Shown here one piece after another: positions 14,040-26,902 of a DNA stretch of 64,000 nt (the stretch's first letter is position 1; every line of letters starts with the position of its first letter). A program made the translations under genes and the position numbers. The stretch is from Malacoraja senta (taxonomy: Eukaryota), in contig JAXLNO010000213.1 of NCBI GenBank assembly GCA_038087875.1, positions 434,001-498,000 of the forward strand. Reading direction: 5' to 3'. The notes beneath the pieces were generated by a model. It was not told the DNA's origin. It saw only the letters and a list, made by a program, of their open reading frames with translations, and did no database searches.

Positions 14040-15625
14040 TATCTCTCATCTTCACCATGGTCATCCAGTCATTGTACGCCTCCATGCCCCACCAGGATGG
14101 TCTCGAAGCCCTCCGTTTTTTCCTCGACCGAAGAAGCAACCTATACCCGGCCACTGACACCCTCCTCCGCCTAGCGGAGCTGGTCCTTACCCTCAATAAC
14201 TTCTCATTTGACTCCTCCCATTTCCTCCAAATACAACGCGTAGCTATGGGCACACGCATGGGCCCCAGCTACGCCTGCCTCTTTGTCGGGTACGTAGAAC
14301 AATCCTTGTTCAATGCGTACCAGGGCCCCATCCCCGACCTCTACCTCCGCTACATCGATGACTGTTTTGGTGTCACATCCTGCACCCACACACAACTGAC
14401 TGACTTCATCCGCTTCACCACCAACTTCCATCCGGCACTCAAATACACCTGGACCATTTCCGACACTTCTCTACCATTCCTTGACCTCACTATCTCCATC
14501 GCAGGTGATAGACTTCTTACCGACATCCACTACAAACCTACCGACTCCCATGGCTATCTGGACTACACTTCTTCCCACCCTGCTTCCTGTAAGGACTCCA
14601 TCCCCCACTCCCAATTCCTCCGTCTACGCCGCATCTGCTCCCAGGATGAGGTGTTCCACACCAGGGCATCCGAAATGTCCTCATTCTTCAGGGAACGGGG
14701 GTTCCCCTCCTCCACCATAGATGAGGCTCGCACCAGGGTCTCTGCCATACCACGCAACACTGCACTCTCTCCCCATCTCCCCACTCACAAGGGCGGAGTC
14801 CCCCTAGCCCTCACCTTTCACCCCACCAGCCGTCACATACAACAAGTGATCCTCCGTCAATTTCGCCACCTCCAACGCGACCCCACCACTCGCCACATCT
14901 TCCCATCTCCCCCCATGTCTGCCTTCCGCAAAGACCGCACCCTCCGTAACTCCCTTGTCAATTCTTCCCTTCCCTCCCGTACCACCCCCTCCCCGGGTAC
15001 TTTCCCTTGCAACCGCAAGAGATGCAACACTTGTCCCTTCACCTCCCCCCTCGACTCCATTCAAGGACCTAAGCAGTCGTTCCAGGTGCGACAGAGGTTC
15101 ACCTGCATCTCCTCCAACCTCATCTATTGCATCCGCTGCTCTAGATGCCAGCTGATCTACATCGGTGAGACCAAGCGGAGGCTTGGCGATCGTTTCGCCG
15201 AACACCTCCGGTCGGTCCGCAGTAACCAACCTGACCTCCCGGTGCCTCAGCACTTCAACTCCCCCTCCCATTCCGTATCTGACCTCTCTGTCCTGGGTCT
15301 CCTCCATGGCCACAGCGAGCAACACCGGAAATTGGAGGAAATGCACCTCATATCCGCTTGGGCAGTCTACATCCTGGGGGCTTGAACATTGAATTCTCCC
15401 AATTCTGCTAGCCCTTGCTGTCCCCTCCCCTTCATCAGCCCTCTGGTTGTCTCCTCCCCTCCCCCAGCCCTCGGGCTCCTCCTCCGCCTTTTTTCCTTTT
15501 TTCCTTTCTTCTCCCCACACCCTATCAGTCTGAAGAAGGGTTTCGGCCCGAAACGTTGCCTATTTCCTTCGCTCCATTGACGCTGCTGCACCCGCTGAGT
15601 TTCTCCAGCATTTTTGTGTACCTTC
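14040..15625 (+). mobile_element. Penelope-like retroelement, 5'-truncated (RT + GIY-YIG endonuclease + terminal repeat region)
   Basis: RT motifs (FTM[V]IQSLY, MGTRMGPSYA, RYIDD, FLDL), a CNRKRCNTC knuckle and GIY-YIG (IYCIRC..C..IYIGETKRRLGDRFAEH). The motif-A Asp is replaced by Val and the C-terminus appears frameshifted. Confidence 0.9.
15522..15565 (+). ncRNA. Minimal hammerhead-ribozyme-like motif in the Penelope terminal region
   Basis: CTGAAGA (15530-15536), an extra A, stem II GGGT-TTCG-GCCC, GAAA (15550-15553), palindromic AACGTT stem III region. Confidence 0.6.
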
Positions 15626-15731
15626 CATCAATTTATCTTCCTGGTTTCCTCTCCAAACGATTCACTCCTCATCTTATACTTCTGTCATCGTTTGAATTGG
15701 CTGTGGGGATATGTTTTCTACCATCATGCCG

Positions 15732-15820
15732 ATAATAATAAAATTTAAAAAAAATAATAATAATAATAAAATTAAAAATAATAATAATAATAATGATAAT
15801 AATAATAATAATAACAAAAT
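15732..15820 (+). repeat. (AAT)n microsatellite (inverted paralog 38384-38445)
   Basis: Seen directly. Confidence 0.9.
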
Positions 15821-16387
15821 ACTAAGCCTTTATTGTAATTGTACTTAGAAATACAACGCCATTCGGAGAGCTACTCCTGATCAGTGCAACCATAACAAGT
15901 TAAAACAAGATAAAAACACATCCAAAACATTCAACACGTTATTTAACAGCTTCAAGTAGTAGATACATTATATTTTGTCACACCTAGGTAGAACATCACA
16001 CTGGGAGAATATTACACTTTAAAATTGAATAAATCATTTTAAAAAATGTGTTAAAGAAGAAATAATTGCTGAGTGGTCTGTTTCCACTCCACATTTCTTC
16101 ACCTTCAAATGTTGGATGACTCCAGTGAGGCCAGATTGCGAATAATGTGTTTCAGCACTGGTCTAGCTGCCTCATGAATGCACTGCTGATAGAGGGATAG
16201 AGAATGGGCAGTGAATATGAGAACCCGTTTAATGTTTTGGGAAGTATAAACAGTCTGTGTGTCCACACGCTCGATCCAGGACGAGTGTGCATTACCAGCG
16301 ACTTACAGCACCTCAACATTACATCCCTGTTTTTGTACACAAGCTCTCTTGATATAAAAGTTACTGGTAAGAAAGAATGCTACATGC

Positions 16388-16905
16388 TGAAAGAACTTCT
16401 ACAGGTGCACGGTAGAGAGCATGCTGACCGGTTGTATCTTGGCTTGGTTCGGCAACTTGAGCGCCCAGGAGCGGAAAAGACTACACAAAGTAGTAAACAC
16501 TGTCCAGTCCATCATCGGCTCTGACCTCCCTCCAATCGAGTGGATCTATCGCAGTCGCTGCCTCAAAACGGCTGGCAGCATCATCAAGGACCCACACTAT
16601 CCTGGCCATACACTCACCTCCCCGCTGCCTTTAGGGAGAAGGTACAGGAGCTTGAAATCTGCAACATCCAGGTTCAGAAATAGCTCTTCCCCACAGCCAT
16701 CAGGCTATTAAACTCAACTCAAACAAAACTATGAACATTAATAGTCCATTGCACTTTATCTGGTTATTTATGTGTGTGTATATATATATATTCAATGTTA
16801 TATGTACACACTGATCTGTTCTGTATTATTTATGCCCACTATATTTCATTGTCCTACCTGGGACACATAACAATAAACTCTCTTGAATCTTGAATCTTGA
16901 ATCGT
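16388..16905 (+). mobile_element. Rex1/Babar LINE 3' fragment, second subfamily (inverted paralog 37240-37632)
   Basis: ESMLTGCILAWFGNLSAQERKRLHKVVNTVQSIIG..IIKDPHYPGH..LPLGRRYRS with a (TCTTGAA)n tail. Confidence 0.83.
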
Positions 16906-17722
16906 TGAGTTTGCTTTCCTTACTACCGATTCTACTTGCAGATTATTTTTTGGGGAATTCTGCACCAGTACTCCCAAGTCCCTTTGTACCTCCGATTTCT
17001 GGATTCTCGGCTCATTTAGAAAAACCTCTACGCCTTTATTCTTACTACCAGAATGCATGACTGCATACATTGCTACACATTATTCCATCAGCCACTTCTC
17101 TGCCCACTCCCCCAACCTGTCCAAGTCCTGCAGAATCCCTGCTTTCTCTACAATACCGGCCCCCACCTATTTAGTATCACCCGCAAACCGTGCTACAAAC
17201 CTTTCAATCCCCTCGTCCAAATCATTAATATACAACGTGAAGGTGGCATAGAGAGAGAGGATGAGAGGGAGTGAGAAAGAGAGAGTGTGAGATATACACC
17301 AGGAGAGCGAGAGTGACAGAGAGAGGCAGCCACTAGTGGAAAGAAATAGAGTGAACGAGAGAAATGGGGGAGTTAGGTAGAAGGTTTTAGAAAACGGCAT
17401 TGAAAGAGCAAGCGCCGACCCTTGCGGAACTCTACTATTCACTGGCAACCAACCAGAAAAAACCCTCTCTATTGCCACTTCTTGTATTTTGCCATCTAGC
17501 GAACCTGCTATCCATGCTAGCATCTGCCCTCTGATACCGTGGGCTCTCGTCTTCCAAAGCAGCCTTACGAGTGGCACCTTATCAAAGGCTTTGTGAAAAG
17601 CTAAGTAAACAGCATCCACTGGCTCTCCTTTGACTGCCCTGCCATTTATTTCTTCAACGAATTCCAGCAAATTTGTCAAGCAATACTTCCACTTAACAAA
17701 CCCATGCTGACTTCGGCCTATT
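16905..17722 (-). mobile_element. CR1-type LINE RT fragment interrupted by a GA-rich insert at ~17245-17405
   Basis: LTNLLEF.EE, VDAVYL.F.KAFDKV, VPQGS, YINDLD, FA.DTK. Confidence 0.83.
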
Positions 17723-17869
17723 AATGCGTCGACTTCTCAGTGGGGTGGAAGATTGCAACTTTCACGTGGTCCGCCCCGTTTTGACGAATGCAATCAACCT
17801 GGCGTGCACAATCAAATAAGGACAAATAGAACAAGTTGTCCTACAACTTTAGGCTGTGCACGCCATACG

Positions 17870-18041
17870 GGAGAAGGAGAAGAAGGAGAAGAAGGAGAAG
17901 GAGGAGAAGGAGGAGGAGGAGGAGGAGGAGGAGAAGGAGTAGGAGAAGGAGAAGGAGGAGGAGGAGGAGGAGGGGGGGGAGGAGGAGGTAGGAGGAGGAG
18001 GAGGTAGGAGGAGGAGGAGGAGGAGGAGGAGGAGAAGAAGA

Positions 18042-18072
<31 letters not shown>

Positions 18073-18147
18073 AAGAAGAAGAAGAAGGAGGAGGAGAAGA
18101 AGAAGAAGAAGAAGAAGAAGAAGAAGAAGAAGAAGAAGACGAAGAAG

Positions 18148-18179
<32 letters not shown>

Positions 18180-18188
18180 GAAGAAGAA

Positions 18189-18264
<76 letters not shown>

Positions 18265-18314
18265 TAGTAGTAGAAGAAGAAGAAGAAGAAGAAGCATACG
18301 AAGACGACGACGAC

Positions 18315-18364
<50 letters not shown>

Positions 18365-18365
18365 C

Positions 18366-18436
<71 letters not shown>

Positions 18437-18484
18437 GACGACGACGAGGACGAGGACGACGACGACGACGACGCCGCCGCCGCC

Positions 18485-18516
<32 letters not shown>

Positions 18517-18603
18517 CGACGACGACGACGACGAAGAAGAAGAAGAAGAAGAAGAAGAAGAAGAAGAAGAAGCAGAAGAAGAAGAAGAAGAGGACGACGA
18601 CGA
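17870..18603 (+). repeat. Compound trinucleotide microsatellite (GGA)n-(GAA)n-(GAC)n-(GAA)n, ~730 bp
   Basis: Seen directly. Preceded by a ~145-bp non-repetitive segment (17725-17870) that may be the 3' end of a retroposon. Confidence 0.95.
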
Positions 18604-18869
18604 TAGTGATTCCTGAAGTGTCACTATGAATGCCTTCCTAATCTCCAAAGCCACCTTTTCAGAACCCTAGTGTACAGTTCATCCTGCCCAGATGACCTAT
18701 CCACCTTTAGCTCTTTCAGCCACTTCACTAACTTCCACCCCCTGACTCTCTTGAATTTCACGCACGTTCCTGGTGTCTTTCCTGTGAAGACTTTTGCAAA
18801 TATCTCAAGGCCTATGAAAGTGGATACATCTCCCGGGTCTGATCAGTTATATCCGAGGTTAGTGTGACA

Positions 18870-19347
18870 TTAGACAATAGAAAACAGACAATAGACAATA
18901 GATGCAGGAGGAGGCCATTCAGCTCTTCGAGCCAGCACCGCCATTCAATGTGTTCACGCATGATCACCAACATGCAGTATCCCGTTCCTGCCTTCTCCCC
19001 GTATCCTCTGACTCCTCTATCTTCAACAGCCCTATCTAGCTCTCTCTGAACCAAGGGCCATAGTTTAAGGATACGCGGTAAGCCATTTAGAACGGAGGTA
19101 AGGAAAGACTTTTTCACAGAGAGTTGTGAGTCTGTGGAATTCTCTGCCGCAGTGGGCGGTGGAGGCCGGTTCTCGGGATACTTTCAAGAGAGAGTTAGGG
19201 CTCTTAAGGATAGCGGAGTCAGGGGATATAGGGAGAAGGCAGGAACGGGGTACTGATTGGGGATGATCAGCCATGATCACAGTGAATGGCGGTGCTGGCA
19301 CGAAGGGCCGAAGGCCCTACTCTTGCACCTGTTGTCTATTGTCAATT
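18870..19347. mobile_element. Two CR1 3' ends joined back-to-back (minus 18870-19047, plus 19048-19347)
   Basis: The same 3' UTR is present in both orientations, with tails pointing outward. Confidence 0.75.
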
Positions 19348-19796
19348 ATCTTTGCTTAATGCCAGCTTAATGATTGAGTTGCAGGGCGGTAGTTCTGTGA
19401 GCTGCAGCGCTCAGTATGTGCGTGCAAGCAGCCGTCTGTCCACAGCGTGGATTCCAATGCCCACATCCCTCAGAACAGTGGCCGGCCTGGCTGCTGAAAC
19501 CAACCGGTTTGATAACCACGACCGTTATACACCCCGCACAAAGTTGGTTTAAAATTCTAGTTAACCATTTCTGCGACTGGGAATGCAGTAACGCGGATAG
19601 GATTTGAACACAACCTGTAGGAATTCATGCTACGGCTTTTCTCATTTGTCCACCTGTCCGCTGTTACTCACTTTTGGTTGTTTATTATATAAAGACTGGT
19701 GACAAAATAATTTCCGTAGGTTAGTTCTGATGTATCTACCCGAACGAGGGAGTATTTCAACATGGATACAATTTAAGCCAACAGGATGTTTGCCTG

Positions 19797-20476
19797 CAGA
19801 CAGGAAGTGACACACATGGCGTCCTGGTGCCATCGCAACAACCTGGAGCTCAATGCTCTTAAGATAGTGGAATTGATTGTAGACTTTAGTAGAGCTCCCG
19901 CTCCCCTCACCCCACACCATCAACAACACCACCGACACATCTGTGGAGTATTTTAGATTATGTTAGAGCAGGGATCGGCAACCAACGGCCCCCAGAATCA
20001 CATCTGTGGAGTTCCTGGGAATCATCATCTGCAAGGACCTTAAATGGGGGGCCACCATCGACTCCACAGTCAAAAAGGCATAACAGGTGATGTACTTCCT
20101 GCCGCAGCTGAGGAAGCACAATCTGCCAAAGGCAATGATGGTCCAATTATATATGGCCATCGTAGAGTCTGTCCCCGCCTTCTCCATCATGGTCTGGGTT
20201 GGCTCAGCCACAAAGCACGACATCCGGAGGCTGCAGCGAATCGTCCGATCAGTAGAGAAGGGTATTGGCTACAACCATCCCTCCCGTTGACGAACTATGC
20301 ACTGCAAGGGCCAGGAAGCGAGCGGGTTAGATCATCTCTGACCGCTCTCACCCTGGCCACAAACTCTTTGAATCACTTCCCTCTGGAAGGCGACTACGGA
20401 CAGTCAAAGCTGCTACAGCCAGACATAAAATCAACATTTGTGCACGAGTGGTAGCTCTACCCAAAAACCAAAAATC
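19797..20476 (+). mobile_element. Rex1/Babar LINE fragment (inverted paralogs 31437-32075 and 39440-39590)
   Basis: WCHRNNLELNALK, FLGIII..DLKW, YFLPQLRKHNLPKAMMVQ. Confidence 0.83.
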
Positions 20477-20814
20477 ACTCGTGAGTCTAACAGCCTACAT
20501 TACTCCGGTTCTGGACGTGGGGAGACTGTCATGTGGTGGACTGAGCCATTTTGATATCGAACCGTCGTGGTTCGGGCTCGAGCTCAGATGGTGTCACTGA
20601 TTGCACATGGTTTTCAATCGCGGGACGGGTTGTTAGGTTACACGTGGCCCTGGGCTCTGGTGTGTCAATGAAAGTTTCAGGATCCTGGGATGTCGATAAA
20701 ACAGTGCCCTGGGACGACGAGGTGTGGACCAGACTGAGACCCGGGCCGGAGATTTGTGGATTACACAGGGGTTGTGTCCCGGGTCGGCGGGTGTGGGTCA
20801 CACAGGATCCTTAG

Positions 20815-21128
20815 ACGGGCGGTGGGTGTGGATTACACAGTGTGCTGGACAGGGGATGTGGATTAAACAGTGCCTGGGCGGGGGATGTAGATTACCCAGT
20901 GTCCAGGGCGGGCGGGTGATGTGGATTACTCCGTGTCCTGGGCGGGCGGGGGATGTGGATTACACAGTGTCCTGGGCGGGCGGGGGATGTGGATAACACA
21001 GTGTCCTGGATGGGCGGAGAATGTGGAATACACAGTGTCGTGGGCGGGGGTTGTGGATTACACAAAGTCCAGGGCGGGGGATGTGGATTACACAGTGTCC
21101 TGGGCGGGCGGGGGATGTGGAATACACC
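20815..21128 (+). repeat. Same 30/34-bp minisatellite, short array
   Basis: About 10 units. Confidence 0.93.
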
Positions 21129-21729
21129 CCAGCTCAGACAGAAATGAGTCTAAACCAAGCCGGAAGTAGCACCTCAGATGCCTCTGTTTGATCCTTCCGC
21201 CGAAGCACTGGCACATTTGGTTCACTCCTGCCGCGTGAAGCCGAGATGCTTTGCCCCAAACACCCTTATAAGAATGCACCCTATTGTTCACTGCCTGCTC
21301 TAATATCAATGTAAAGAGTCAGATATCCCTCCAAGCACGTTAAACACTCGTTTCATACTTTAATCGTTATTATTAAACAAAACCTGAGATTTACGTGACT
21401 GTGAAGCGATGCGAGTGAAGGGAAAATACAAGATTGGGGGTAAATAGGAGCTGCTCCATCCTGCCCGCCTGTCGACACGGTCTTTGTCGTTCGATGCAGT
21501 TATTGGCTATTCTTCTTGACAGTTCCCCTTGGCCATCATCTGTCCAATATTCCACAATTTCCACCTTCAAGATATCAAATGCTATGGCCTCCCGCATGCA
21601 TATGGTCCAGCCGGTCATGTCTCAAACTAAAATTACCTCCGGATCGAATTCATCTCCATCTGCGCTGTCTCGGGTAAGCAGCCACCAGAATAAAGGCCTA
21701 TTTTCATTTCACATGTTCTCAAGTTCATA

Positions 21730-22450
21730 AGTAGAATTATGCCATTCGACCCATCTAGTCTATTTCGCCATTAAAACGTTGCTGATCTCTGCCTCCTAAA
21801 CCCATTTTCCTGCCTCCTCCCGATAACCCTTGACACCCGTTCTAATCAAGAATGTATCTATTTCGGCCTCTAAAATATACATTACCTTCCTCTCCACACC
21901 CCCTCTACCTATGCCTTTCATTGTTCTGTAAGTTTCAACAAGGTTCCCCCCTCAACCTGCTAATCTCAGACGAGTACAGGCCCAGTGCTGTCAAACGCTC
22001 ACCATATGCTAACCCATTCATTCCTGGAATCATCGCTGTCAACCTCCTCTGGACCCCCTCCAGAGCCAGGACATCCTTCCTCAGATATTATGCACAGACT
22101 TTCTCACAGTACTCCAAATGCGGGCCTGACCAGGGCCTTATGGATCCTCAGCATTACATCTCTGTTTTTGTATTCCAGTCCGCTTGATGTAAATGAATTT
22201 GGCTTCCTTGCAAATGAACGTTTTGAGTGTCCCGCACCAGCACTGCCAAGTCCCTTCGCACCTCCGATTTCAAGATTCTCTCTCCATTTAGAAAATAATC
22301 TACGCCTTTATTCTTATTACCAAAATGCATGACTCCGCACTCAGCTGTAATGAATTTCATGTGCCCACATCCATGATCATATTGAATGGCGGTGCTGCCT
22401 CAAGGGGCCGAATAGCCTACTCCTGCGCCTATTTTCTATGTTTCTATTGG
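21730..22450 (-). mobile_element. Decayed CR1-type LINE fragments (longer version at 61615-63440)
   Basis: VMHFGNKNKGVDYFLNGERILKSEVRRDL and RPHLEYC-like motifs. Confidence 0.75.
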
Positions 22451-24265
22451 CTAGCTTACATTTGTACTTCATCTTTTCTCTCCGCATTTTCATTTTAGTT
22501 ACCTTTAGTTGTTTTGAAAATCATCCCAATCGTCAGGAACCTCACTAACCTTTCCAATCTTATAGCCTGTTATTCCCTACGCCCTTCACCCGTCGCGCAG
22601 AAAAACTCATTCGCCGCTGTTCTCAGACTGATGTACGGTCCTTTTATAAGGGAAGAGTATAGCTCAGAACTCCCAACCCACAACCTGGCGGACATAGCGC
22701 TTATTTCAGCCGTTTTTTCTTCAGTAACTGACATGCATCAGCACCAGAACACAGGAATCAGCACAAATTCTCGACTGGATCCTCGATTTACTTACCGACA
22801 GTGAGGATAGGTGACAATACCTGCTCTGCATAAAATAAACGTTACAATTGTTCGCCTGAGCGACGTGTTCTCAGTCCCGTGCCATATTCGCCATACGCTC
22901 AAGACTTTGCATAACCACGTGCCTGTAGAAATGCCTCATAAACTCCATTATACTAACATCCTCCAACACAAACATTGGAAGCTCGGCCAGGCATCCGCCA
23001 CCCTCTGTGTGAAGAAACGTGCCCCACACATTTCAATTGAACTTTGCTCTCTTCCGTCAAAGCCATGCCTTCTAGCCTTTGTATGTTCATCAATATGCCA
23101 AAACTTTAACGCCCTCTCCAAATCCTTCGCACCCTACAGCGGAGTGCAGATCAGAACTCAGTGGGTCAGGCAGCATTTGTGGTGGGGATAGACAGGCGTT
23201 TGTTGTTTCCTGATCGGTCATTTCCCCAGACCTCTTCATGGTCCCGACACAAAACGCCGTCTGTCCATTCCCTGCACAGATGCAGCCCGACCCGCGGATT
23301 TCCTCCATCAATTTGTGTTTTCCTCGCATTGTTTATTCCGCTTCACATTAACGACGGCAACTGTAACGCAGTCAGATATGGTGAGATATGCAACCTTGCA
23401 AATGAAGCATAAGACGGAATAGGAGGGAAAGGTGTAGGACATATGACACAGCGCAGTAGAAGAAAATAGCAAGGACAAGACAGAAAACGATGGATGGAAT
23501 ATAGTCTAAGATTTCCTGTCAGGATGTGAACATGTTTCTCCTGTCGTTCTCCGTTGGCGGAGACAAACCCACAAGAGTTTATGACACTTTCCACTGTGAA
23601 CTTTCAAATGACGGCGCACGCGGATATTTACTTTGATTCGTTCGTGCGCTCGTGATTGCCTCCCAGTTCTGTTGCCTGTGGGTGAATAACAGTAAGCAGA
23701 TCAGAGTATCACTAAGGTATAGAACACCATCCGGTTTTTGATAATTTCGTTACCTCCCATTTAATATATAATTCCAAATTATTTGTCAGGGTGGCGTGCT
23801 TCAAATTAGCTCTTAATTCCACACTGTATGATTTATGGTTTTGCTATGGAGCAAGTCCATGATCCGCAACCTCACACCCCAGCTCCCCCCCCCCTTTGGA
23901 CCATGTCCCCCGCTTCTCAGGTTATGTCCCACCACCAGCAGATGTGTGGTAGTGAGACAATCGCGATATTTTAAATTCGATTGTACGGGTGCATTTAAAG
24001 GAAAGGTTAAAATGTATGTTAAAGAATCGCGGTGAAAACAAACTCGCGTTGACGGGACATCTCGGTTAGCGGGGATGATTTGAGCCAAATAACTAGATTC
24101 AATGCAGTAAGGCTCTGTAAATTCGATTGGTGATTGGTTACTGGTGTAAGTATGTGCGCAGTAGAAATTTGGGCAGTTGAGTGGGAATATTGGGGGATCA
24201 AACTGCGGTGAGATCAAATGTATGTTGGACTATCAGCATGGCTCGGTGGATCAAGTAGCCTGCTT

Positions 24266-25185
24266 CTATAATGTATGGACCCACCAACACACAAGTGTAC
24301 GAATTGCTCTCAGTGGGAATTTAATCGCGTTCATTAGCTCGTCCCTGAATTTACTCTGGGTCACCACGTAAATACACGTGTTGGTGCAGGAACTGAGCAG
24401 CTGTAAGAACCTAGACGTGTCACGCGTGATATAGTAATAACCGGTGGGGGAGCCGTCATATCCGGTCTTCGCAATTCTGGTAAAGATGAAAAAGACAGCT
24501 TGTGTTCCCCAGAGCAATATGAATGTACCCGTGATACTAAAGAGTAAAACAATTGATTTCCTGCGGTTCTCCATCTCCGGGTCCTTGTCATTCTCTCCGT
24601 TGCTGCGGCCCCGGAGACCCCTGCGGACTCCGCTGGCCGCTACAATCCGCCTGACCGTCAGCACATTGAGCAGAAGGATCAGAAAGAACGGGATACACGG
24701 GGTTAGAATGCGATGTGTGACATCATATGCTATCCATGCAGACGACGTATAGAAGGTGGGTTTTTCGATGCAAAGCCAGAGAAGATTATCAAACACGATG
24801 CCAGGTTCGAACGTAAAACACCGGGGGACGTTCTCTAAACAGCCCAGCACACCCACTGCCCCGATAATCACAGCCGCCGTTCTCTCAGTGCAATATCTTG
24901 TTTTCAGCTTCTCACAACAAATAGCCACAAACCGATCGAAGGTGAAGGCGACCGTCAGCCATACAGAGACCGCGGTGGTTGTAAAGACCAGGAATGAGAT
25001 AGTCGCGCACACGGGAGTAATGTTCAGAAAAGATTCCGGGAAGTGAGCTAGAATAGTCTGACGTAGAAACGGGTCAGTGATGCCGACCAGAAGATCAGAC
25101 GCTGCCATGGCCACCAGGGAGAGAGTGATGCATTTGGAGAGACCGCATTTACCTCGACAGAGAATCACAATCGCCAGCAAGTTCA
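24266..25185 (-). CDS. GPR139-like: GPCR gene C, coding exon 2; divergent GPR139/GPR142-like paralog; full CDS join(26972..26903,25185..24266), 329 aa
   Basis: 7TM ORF with RGKCGLSKC, AMAASDL, FDRF, HRILTP, LW, NTCIY and FRDEL. Acceptor tcttctctctctcacAG at 25187-25186, phase 1. TAG stop. Confidence 0.92.
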
Positions 25186-25874
25186 CTGTGAGAGAGAGAA
25201 GAGATATCACTGACACGAGACCCGCACAAAAGTATCTGAGTAACATTGTCTGATTGGAATGTTTTCAAAGTTGGATGCGTTGACCAAATGACCTTTAGCC
25301 CCGACAGAGTTCAGAGACTGCAGCCTTTGGACCGCGGTGTTCACGCAACTCATCAAACACCAATGTATATTACGCTCACAGCTTTTAATTCTCCCCACAT
25401 TCTTATCAACTGTCTCCCAGATTGCAGCATCCATCTACACAAAGACTCGTATACAGTAGTTACAGAAACCACTAATAGGCAGCAGCTCAATTGCATGTGG
25501 GAGGAAACAAGAGCGCAGCCAGGAGTAGCGCGGCGTCGGAGGACGAACGATGAAACATTGCACAAATAGCACGGTAGGTAGAGAATGAACCTGCGTCTCC
25601 GGAACTGTGCGACACCTGCAGTGCTGACTGTGGCACGGTAGCGAGGATGTACGCATAATTCTGAGGATATTAATTCGAATTTACAGATCGTCCAAAGGAG
25701 AGGATATCAAGATACAAAACTTTAACAGACATAACATTACGTGACAGCATTTGTTTACAATTCAATTTACACATAGTAAAATCGTGACACTTTCATAGAG
25801 TCAGAGCCCAGTACGTGACATTCACTTGCTTTCTCTAATGAGCTGTAGAATTACAGGTCTCAAATTTGATAATA

Positions 25875-26420
25875 GTTCTTGGTTTCTTGGTTCTCCAAAA
25901 TATTACAAATGGAATTTAAACTGAAGTTGGTGTTAGGGAGGACTTAAGCCAGAAAGGGTTTTTGGGAAGAAAGCGCTACCTTAAATTTAGTTGCATCTGG
26001 TTGGGTAACTATGGTAGGGTGAAGATTATTCCATGCTTTAATTGTGTGGGGGAAGAACGAATTGCTGTACACATCTGTCTTGGTAGTTGGAATCACAAAT
26101 TGGATGGAATGCCCTCGTCTGCTCCTAATTGGTTTGGGTTTGGTGTAGGTCTTGGAATCTATGACGAGCTGACCATTTAACATTTTGTAAAAGCAGGTCA
26201 AACGGTGAGCTTCACGTCTGTCTTGGAGAGGGTTCCACCCCAGAGAATTTAGAAGTTTGGTAACACTCACTTATCTCTCATAGGTGTTAGTAACATATCG
26301 AGCTGCCTGTCTATGGGCACGTTCGATGGAAGAAATGCTGCAACTGCGTAGTCCAAATGAGGTCTAACGAGGGTGAAGTGTAGCTTCTCCTTGACAGAAG
26401 TTGAACAATTATGAAAGTTG
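25875..26420 (-). mobile_element. Non-LTR retrotransposon 3' fragment (CR1/L2 group, Daphne/Crack-like) in the intron of gene C; related piece at ~40095-40515
   Basis: VRPHLDYA, LQDRREAHRLTCFYKMLNG, YSNSFFPHTIKAWNNL, and an (AACCAAG)n tail. Confidence 0.7.
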
Positions 26421-26902
26421 CTTCACGTAGCGACGGCTGAAGAAAATATATCGATAATATATTCAGTTTAGCAGGGTTGTCCGATTGGGAACAGATGTAA
26501 TTTCACTAACTGGTTTCAGACTATCCATGGAAGGAGCCCAAGATGCCATCTCCCAGCTCCTGGTCAACATATATCCAATCTCAGAGTCTCCTAACTGGAA
26601 GAAGGACACTCCTGCAACTATTGTCTATTGTCTACTGTCTATCGTAATTATCTGATACCTGCTCTCTGGTCAGGGCTCCGGCCAACGCATTCAGTACAGA
26701 GAGTGATACAGGCCACGATAAACAACGGACATGACGTACACATTACGGCAGTTACAGTAGGTAAATGGATGCCTGACCAAATTAAACAAGTGAATTAGTG
26801 AAACAGAATAAAACATGTTTGTTTAACCACGGCAGCGGCGGAGAACACGGAATGTCTCCCAGCTAATGCACGTACATGAAAATCAAAGACCAAACAAAGT
26901 AC

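Larger units (their letters stand above)
15760..20440 (+). repeat. Left arm of an inverted duplication (reverse complement at ~31440-38440)
   Basis: Inverted matches: 15760-16790 with 38440-37235; 19050-19110 with the CR1 remnant split at 32531-32549/37191-37235; 19353-20440 with 32530-31440. Confidence 0.85.
20585..22880 (+). repeat. Third partial copy of the duplicated unit (minisatellite block and flank)
   Basis: 20585-21128 matches 8984-10017 and 60072-61027. 21128-22880 matches 61027-63710 with internal deletions. Confidence 0.88.

Noticed and set aside
13931..15385. 484-aa ORF as an intact or domesticated gene
   Set aside because: Non-ATG start in unrelated flank, 5'-truncated RT, catalytic motif-A Asp lost and a C-terminal frameshift: an inactive Penelope copy.
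17812..18654. Poly-Ser/Leu/Pro ORFs
   Set aside because: Translations of the trinucleotide microsatellite.
22786..22840. Apparent minus-strand mini-exon with a perfect GTAAGT donor, as a possible orphan GPCR exon 1
   Set aside because: No YYP/TM1 similarity. The plus strand reads as decayed Rex1 RT (WILDLLTD..VRIGDNT), and the paralog at ~63620 lacks the donor.
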